The notes beneath the pieces were generated by a model. It worked only from the letters and a program-made list of their open reading frames with translations. It did not search any database and was not told the origin of the DNA. 64,000 nt of DNA from the human T2T-CHM13v2.0 reference genome, Homo sapiens. The stretch is from the NCBI RefSeq assembly GCF_009914755.1, contig NC_060939.1, one strand, 5' to 3'. Position numbers and translations under genes: made by a program. Shown here piece by piece: positions 55,598 through 64,000 of this stretch. Each line of letters starts with the position of its first letter. Within the stretch, counting starts at the first letter, position 1.

Positions 55598-56737
55598 CAT
55601 ATCAATGACAAAATCCTAGTAAGCTTCAAACTAAACAAGAGAAAACTATAAAATGATAACTATTTAAAAATCAAGAAAAAAATGGTTATTTAATATGTGC
55701 TCAGCAATATTCTCAGTTCCTCAGTGGCAAAGTACATGTTTTAAATGTAGAAAGTAGATACATTAAACCATATTACAGTTTAGGAATTATGGCACAGAGT
55801 GTTTACAGTATTAGCCTCAATACATACCAAAAACTTAAAATTTTGAAGTAAAATAACATTTGGTTTTATTATATGGGGCAGAGGCTTATTGTTCTGATTA
55901 AATTATTGAGTATGAATTTCTGTAGAATCACATTTGAAACCTTCACAGGATATGAAATTATAAAGCAGAAAACATACGACATCTGGATGTGGTGTTTCTG
56001 GGATTTCTAAACCAAATCCCAATATCTCCACTACTCTCACACATTTTAGACAAGACTCAAAATGGAAATTAGAAAATGTTTAACATAGAGTTCGTTAAAA
56101 ATCACAGACGGCCCCATGTCCTCAAAAGCAATAAAAGAGCAAGAGCCAGGTCCTCCAGTCCCTTGTAAGCCATGCAAAGGGCTTTGATTTTCTTTGTAAC
56201 CTAGAAGAATGATCGTTGAAGGGGAAGTTAAGTCCTAGAAAATTGAAGAGCATGGGGCAGAAGATATTTGTCTCTAATGAAAGCAAGAGAAAGAAATCAG
56301 GGCTTCTCAGAAAAGATTTCCATTGGAGCATAGCTTCGCAAACCACACTTTAAGATCTGGCTTTTTCCTTGACCTTTGGTCATCTCATCTGTGTCATCTG
56401 CCTTATTCACTCCCACCTATTTGGATGTTTGGCTACTATCTTCTGTCTCCTCACACTCTGGGGCTTTTTCTTTTACTCAATGTAGGTGATCAGGTTTAGC
56501 TTAGAGAACAGCCAAGGACTCTGTATTAGAAAAAGTAATATGACTTATGCTGTGATTTTCCAGTTACTACTTAGTACTGTGCTCGGTGGAAAAAAACAGA
56601 ACATTATAAAAGAGTCTAACAATGTAATACCAAATACTATTTCCTCACAGAAATGTTATGATATTTAAAAACTTTTCTAAATTTGTGGGTCCTTAGCTCC
56701 ATGACCCAGTGCTGCTGAATGAAAACTTCGTGGTGGT

Positions 56738-56853
56738 TGGCTGGGCCTGGTGACTCACACCGCTGATCACAGCACTTTGAGAGGCCAAGACAGGCAAATA
56801 ACTTGAGCCCAGGAGTTTGAGGCCAGCCTTGGAAACATCGCGAGACCTAGTCT
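56738..56853 (+). mobile_element. Alu monomer (FLAM-like)
   Basis: Left-arm Alu motifs only. Confidence 0.75.
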
Positions 56854-57024
56854 ACGGGTTGAGGGTGGGGAGGAGGGGGAAAGGTGGTGGTAATGGGAGG
56901 TGGTAATGCGATTATAAGGTGTGGGCAACCATATTTTGTGCCTCTAAATTTGTGGAGTTACCACTAATCTAAAATTAAGGATACAGATCAGCTGAAGAAA
57001 GAAAAAGATTTATGTCGAGATGAA

Positions 57025-58290
57025 ACCTCCTCGTGGGGGTCTGCAGCTGCAATACCGCCAGCTGGCAGCATCCCACCTCTTTCGCCTGGCTGCAGCCCCA
57101 CCAGGAGCCCGGCTCCAGCCGGGGCACTGCAGCATGTACTAGACCTGGAAGGCGCAGGCGCGGGTTTCCTGCCCTCCGGGGTGTCTTCCTGCTCCCAGGA
57201 CCCCAGGCAACTCAATTCATTCATCAAGCGCCCCCGCAACCATCCAAGTTGGGGCAGCAGGTCCCACAGTTGCCAGCCAAGACCTCCGCTCCAGAACCCG
57301 TGGGCTGCTTTCCCCGGGGGAAGGACATTGTCTTCGCCAGCCACGAAGAAATCCGTCCCTGTGCACCCTGTTTCCCATTGCCACCAACTTCGTGTAAACT
57401 TTAGTCCCGAGGACACGAGAGAGACCCAGACCTGGCCCCGTGGACAAGCTCGGTGCCACGGCTTCCACCAGATGGGCGGGTGCACTCTACAAATCTCGGG
57501 GCCCACCGCACCAGGGAGACAAGAAGAAGCAAACACAGGAAGGACCCTATGAAACGCACCCCCAAAGAAACCAACCAATCCAAGAAAAAAAAAAAAAAAC
57601 ACGTCTCAGGGCTCAGTTGGTTTTCCCGCGTGGGCGGCCCTGACCCCCTGTTCTAGCCTGGCCCAAACACCCTCCACCTCACCCTGGCCTGCTCAAAGCG
57701 CCCTGTCTACCTGAGCAGAGCCTCCCTCTCCAAGGCTTTGTCTCTCTCACTCTACAACTCCCTCACCCTCTCCCTTTCTCTACTTCCCCCTCCAACCCTC
57801 GCTCTTCTGTCACCTTCTGTCTCTCTCCCCATCCACTTTTCTCTCTCTCCCCCCATTTGTATCTCTCCATCCCGGTCTCCCTAGCTCTCTTTCAAGCTGT
57901 GTCTGTGTCTTGGTCTGTATGTCCTTGTGTGTGTGTCCATGTGTGTCCGTGTGCATGTTTCCGTGTGTGTGTCTTTGTGTGTCTGTGTGTGTGTGTCTGT
58001 GTGTGTGTCCATGTGTGCCTGTGTGCATGCACTAGTGTGTATCTGTGTGTGTGCCGTGCTGGGTTTGCTCGTGGTAGTGGTGGGGTGTGTCTGGGTGTCC
58101 GTCAGCCCCTGTTTCCCGGGATCAGGCTGCCGAGGCTCTAGTGCCAGCGCGGGGCAAAGCAGGGCCTTTCTGTCCCGTTGGCCACGGGCGGGTCCTCGTC
58201 GGGACAAGCGACGATGGGGAGCTCGCAAGCCGGGGGAAAGGCCTGGAGTGTCAGCAAAAGGGAGGCGGCCTGGTGGGCCTGTAGCCTGGG
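57025..58290 (+). other. 5S rDNA intergenic-spacer-like block without a 5S gene
   Basis: GC-rich segment, then 'gaaacgcacccccaaag..accaaccaatccaagaaaa..cacgtctcagggctc', a polypyrimidine tract (~57720-57895) and a (TG)n tract (~57898-58052). This order matches my recall of the human ~2.2-kb 5S repeat spacer. Confidence 0.7.
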
Positions 58291-59741
58291 CAGGGGACTG
58301 AGGCATCACGGTCTGATGACGGATTCCTGTTTCCTGCAACATGGGGAGTCTCCAAAATGGCCTGTTTGGAAACGAAAGGAGAGCAAAGACACGATGCTGC
58401 TTTTCCACGCTTTGCTGGGGGTTTCTGTGTCCCTACAGAGCTCGGGAAACAAACAGTCAACATGGTCACGCTTTCGGGGGCCAGAGACACGTGAGCAGCA
58501 GGCCCACTTGCAGAGGGCAAAGGAACGTGGAATCCGAAATCATGGTTCACTCGGCTTGAGTGTGACTCCTGTGTGGATGGGAGTATCTGCCTCGCGCTCT
58601 GTTGCAGGCTCAGCGTGGGGATATGTCATCTGTGAACCATGTGGATGAAAAACGGACAACCATTCGAGTCTCGGCTCTGTTCTTTGGGGAATTCGCTCAT
58701 TCCTTGGGAGGCGGAATTCCTCTGAATCGCTCCCGGATGAAGTAACCCAGGCTGGCGATCCAGAGGGCCGGTGAGCACACCGCTGGCCGAGGCGGCTGTG
58801 GGCTGAGCACTCAGCCTGCACTGGGCACCCAACATTTTCCCGGAGTTCGAGGTCCTGCTGGGCCTGGAGGCAGAAGACCGCTTTTCTCTTTGCCTTCCCT
58901 TCTCTGTTTCTTGCTCCTTTTCTCCCTCTGTCCATCCTTCCCTCTGTTCTTCCTTCTCTCCCTCTCTCCCTCCCTGTCTCCCTCCCTCCCTCTGTTCTTC
59001 TCTCCTTCCCTCTCTCCCACCATCCATACCTCCCTTTCTCCCTCTTTCCCTCCCTCCCTTCCTCTCTTTTTCTTTCCCTCCCTCCCTCCATCCCTTCCAA
59101 GGTCCGTCCTTTCATCTGTCTTTTCCTCCCTCTGTCCCTCTCTCTCACTTTGTCTCCGTTCCTTTCCCCATCTCTGCCTGGCTTCCCTCCCACCTAAAAA
59201 GGGAAGAACCACGGTTTGCGTGAGATCTCGGGGTCTACATTTAGTTCCCGGGCGCTTCACGTGATGCCGAGGAGGATGGCGGGGCACGGGTGGGCGACGG
59301 TGGGTGGAGCGGGGAGGTAGTGGAGTTGAGCTGCGGAAAGGAGAGCAGGCCTGGCCGCTGCCCGGGTCGGTATTTCCCGGGGTGGAGGACTCCACCTACA
59401 CCACTGAAGAACGCGGGGTAGGGGGGGGTGTACTGTGTGGGGGTGCGGGGGAAGGGATGAGAGCCCTGCCTGGGCTGGCCCCAAACCCTAGCCGGCTGCC
59501 CGCGAACCCGCACATGCGCAGTAGACGGCCCATCTCTGAGTACCTGGGCTGGCTCTGAAATCCTTGGGATGCTCAGGAAAGAATGACAGCCCTCCTTTCT
59601 GTGGAGTCTCTCACTGGACTTGGACTCAGGGATCCTAGACAGGTCAGCTGGAAGGGAAGACACAGGTCTCCATACCGAGCCAGAGGTTCACCGCGAAAGA
59701 GGAGCCACCGACCTGCCCCCACCCGGTCCCAACCCCGCGTC

Positions 59742-60711
<970 letters not shown>

Positions 60712-60839
60712 TGCGAGGGCACCTGGCCGGAATTTCACGGGCAGACACGGACAGAGAGAGGCCGGCGGCTCCCGTGGGCCTCAGTTGGCCTCTGTGCTGC
60801 AGGCAGATCCAGGCAGGAGTCCGACCCCGCCAGTGGCCC

Positions 60840-60870
60840 TTATAAAGACCCACCAGCTTCACCCCTTCAT
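60840..60870 (-). promoter_or_regulatory. DUX-type promoter: TATAA box (60840-60844) and variant GC box
   Basis: Minus strand 'gaaggggtgaagc...ctttataaggg' aligns with the DUX4 promoter 'gaaggggtggagc...ctttacaaggg'. Confidence 0.6.
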
Positions 60871-61218
60871 GAATATGCATGAACACCCAAGGGCCCTGGG
60901 TAACCTGCCCTCCGAAGGGCCCAGAAACCACAGACACAGGGCCTTGTGTGGTAGGTGAAGGTGGGGCCAGATCAGCTGGGAAAGGGGGGCTTCTGGGACT
61001 GGCTGTCTGAGTTCTCCAGAATTCTACAGAAACTGGAAGTTTCTCTCTGGGTTCACACACGATTTCAGGGAGAAACCACCCTGGAAGGGTGGAGTGTGGA
61101 ACTGAACCTCCATGATAGTCTTGATTTTCCAGGCCCTCTCCGTGAAGCCGGCAATGCCTGTGGGTGTCACCATTGCCGTGATAGTCACACACGCAGGTGT
61201 GTGGATCTCATTCATTTT

Positions 61219-63138
61219 TTTATTTTCATTTTTTATTTCTACCTCTTAAAGTCAATGATAAAGTCATGAGTGTAAAATGAATGCATTTAAAAACATAAAA
61301 GATACATTTCAATGACAAGAAATATGCAATGATCATGAAAATCTACTTTACACTTTGCCAAGGTCAAAGAATGAAAGACAATATGGAAAAGCCAATCTTC
61401 AAATATATCCTTAACAAAAACTCTCTCCTACATAGTAAAAGCATCATCTAAACAGCAGCTCCAACCGAGAAAAAAAAAACAACAAAAAACAAAACAAAAC
61501 AAAAAAACAGCAGGGTAGATGGGACAGATAACTTTCCCCAGGTTTTCCAGATAAAAACATGTGGTCACCAGGAATTCAAGGTAACTTCAAAAGCCACATT
61601 TAATTCAAAATAAAATGAACACTTCTGACAGATGACAGCAGTATGATACTGACTTTTTTCTTTCCTAGATACAAATGATATGGGGCATTTCTTAACAGTT
61701 TAGTAATCGTCTAAGAATAACTGTAGAAATAACCCCAATTCCACCATCCCAGCCACTGGTATAAAACAAATAACCTTCCATTGATACTGTCTTTCACATA
61801 ACTACAATATCCTCACTTACTTGGAGCAATTTCATGCTTACACATGATCACAAACACTTGTTTTTAGATGTTGTGGAATTATTGGAGCTGAGATTTTTTA
61901 AACAATATCTGAATCTTAGCAGAGAGCAAATAATCATTTCACTATACATTGATTGGGCTTCCTTAACCAAATCTCAGCAACTACTATAATAATAATGCTG
62001 GTGGTAATCCATGATACTCTCAAATTTTTCCCTTTAAGAAATATATAATCCATGTAACTCTAGCAAATATGTTACATTGCACACTTTCTTAACAAGGAAT
62101 GGCTGTTTTCAGGTCTTAGTAGGAAAACAAAGAAACAAACAATGGCAGTTACTATCTGTTTTTTATCACTGATAAGCTACAATAAAGCTCAAATATGACA
62201 GTTTAATTGTGTGATATTAAGTAAAAAATGAAAACTATTATAGTTTTACCAAAAGAAACACAAAAAATATGGGAAGAAGTCAAATGAGCATGACATAAGT
62301 CCCAAAGATTACACTATGATTCTGAACAGGATTTTCCAAACAAAGGGTATCTACATACAATTTCTGTGGATATTTCTTGTAGTAGAAAGATCCAAAGCAA
62401 ATGTAGGCTCAGCCCTACCTTGTCAAAGATAAATATTCAGATAAACTAGAAGTTCCATCTGCTAAAGTGCATCCGCTGACCAGATCTACCATGGCGCTGC
62501 TACTTACAGCCATCTAAGAAAGTGGCCTCACTCATGCTCATTCACTCGTTCTGTGGCCTATCAAGAGTCACACATAACAATGGTTTTGCTTTTCTTTAAA
62601 AAAAAACAAATACTTTATACAGTGAACTACAGAAAAAACAATTCTAAATATACTTTTAAAATTCTAGAGAGTTAAGGTAACCTCATTTTTTAAAATACTG
62701 AAAATGTAAAGGGTCCATATAAAGAGTTGTATTAAGTACATACTTCCTATTTTAATAATTCACTTGCTGTGCTCTTAAAATCTCTATGAGAGAAGCAGAT
62801 ATTTTACTCGTGTCTTTTGGCAAGAGATTCAAAAGCAAAAGTAGCAGGGCTGTAAAATTTCATAAAATTTGTGGGATTTTAAAAAGCTAAATTACTCAAT
62901 ATTTTGTATTGTTATTGCACTCATATATTGCCCGGAATATATATACAGCAACCCAGCAACAGTGATTGCAACAAAAGTAAGGTAAATAGGTCTACAAAGC
63001 ATTTGATTTCCTTATTAGATAAGTGAAGTTTTCATAGAGGAAGTGCAAATTCAGATCAGGTTACATAAGCTTAACAATTATTCAAACCTTATATAAAATT
63101 AAATCTAACCCTCACCACTACAAATCTGTAAGGAATCA
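61219..63138 (-). pseudogene. PCMTD1 processed pseudogene, non-inverted 3' UTR segment with AATAAA and poly(A) remnant
   Basis: AT-rich non-D4Z4 sequence between TSD copies. AATAAA (minus strand) at 61232-61237 next to a T-run. It continues the + segment through the shared 'tgattccttac'. UTR identity is inferred from this continuity. Confidence 0.8.
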
Positions 63139-63789
63139 CTGTCAGGAATCTACAGGACTTGGCTCATATTTACATTCGACACACACTTAGAAATTTCATA
63201 AATGATGAGATGCAGGCCAAGGGGATTCCTCAAAGGGCTCCACCCAAAAGGAAAAGAAAGAGAATTAAACAGAGAATTACCACTTACGTATTTGTGGATA
63301 ATCAGCTTATTCCTCAGCCTCTAGACAGGGAGGAGGATGAAAAAATGGAAGAAAATAATAAAGAAGAGGAAGAAAAATATCACAGTGAAGCGATGAAGCC
63401 AGAGAAGCCACCTCAAAATTTACTGAGAGAAAAAATCATGAAGCTGCCCCTCCCTGAATCTTTAAAAGCTTACTTGACATATTTTAGAGACAAATAACTT
63501 AGATCAAGAAGAAAGAATGCCTACTGATAATTCCTTTAGTCTTGAAAATGTAGCATTTGTTAGGAATTAAAAGAATTATTTATTTCATCAGAGCAAATTA
63601 TAGTGGAAAAAATATCACTTGTTACTGTCAGTAACATAAATGATGTATGAGTGAATAAAAGAATCCCTTTTATAAAATCTATTTTTCTTTAAATCTTGGA
63701 AAATTGTTGTTTCACCTCAGAGTGATTTCAAAGTGGAATGTAACAGTAGTCAAGACTTGTGTGCTATAAATCCTTTTCTGATTCCTTAC
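63139..63789 (+). pseudogene. PCMTD1 processed pseudogene, inverted segment: C-terminal CDS (63141-63497) plus proximal 3' UTR
   Basis: Translation VRNLQDLAHIYIRHTLRNFINDEMQAKGIPQRAPPKRKRK...LPLPESLKAYLTYFRDK* matches the PCMTD1 C-terminus. Confidence 0.93.
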
Positions 63790-64000
63790 GGATCTCGTTC
63801 ATTTTCATGTAGAAAACGAGAGCGAAACTACAGAGAAAAGAAAGGCCCGGTGCATCAGGGCCTGAAGAGGGATTCCTGTTTCCTGCAACATGGGGAGTCT
63901 CCACTATGGCCTGTTTCCAAACAGGGAAGAAAGGAGAGCGAAGACACGATGCTGTTTTTCCACGGTTCTCTGGAGGTTTCTGTGTCCCCAGAGAGCTCGG

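Noticed and set aside
57000-58300. 5S rRNA gene or pseudogene
   Set aside because: No 5S coding sequence is visible; only spacer-like sequence.
56988-58648. Cluster of 100-200 aa ORFs in GC-rich DNA
   Set aside because: Overlapping on both strands with no recognisable protein; explained by high GC and the (TG)n tract.

Overview
Primate (most likely human or great-ape) genomic DNA, almost entirely repeat-derived, with the character of a pericentromeric or subtelomeric segmental-duplication mosaic. I find no intact protein-coding gene and no RNA gene. From left to right: (1) an old, nearly full-length L1MA-type LINE (1-~14960) interrupted by a 3'-deleted L1PA, Alus, a complete MST MaLR element, a SATR-like satellite patch and a THE1 LTR; (2) a decayed class I ERV (LTR-gag-pro-pol) carrying a solo HERV-K LTR5 and a THE1 LTR, ending abruptly at an orphan TUBB8-like exon 1; (3) an internally deleted L1PA bridged by a 38-bp templated insert, a 2.4-monomer beta-satellite island, a 34-bp minisatellite and many MaLR/Alu/L1 fragments; (4) a full-length but disrupted L1PA; (5) a 5S-rDNA-spacer-like block without a 5S gene, fused to an inverted D4Z4-like tandem array containing a DUX4-like pseudogene; (6) a PCMTD1 processed pseudogene with a twin-priming inversion inserted just upstream of that DUX4L promoter. 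I see no evidence of a new functional biological system. The most interesting signals are precise records of retrotransposition and break-repair events. Repeat subfamily names and homologies come from recall of consensus sequences, not from a search, and the chromosomal location cannot be fixed from the sequence alone.
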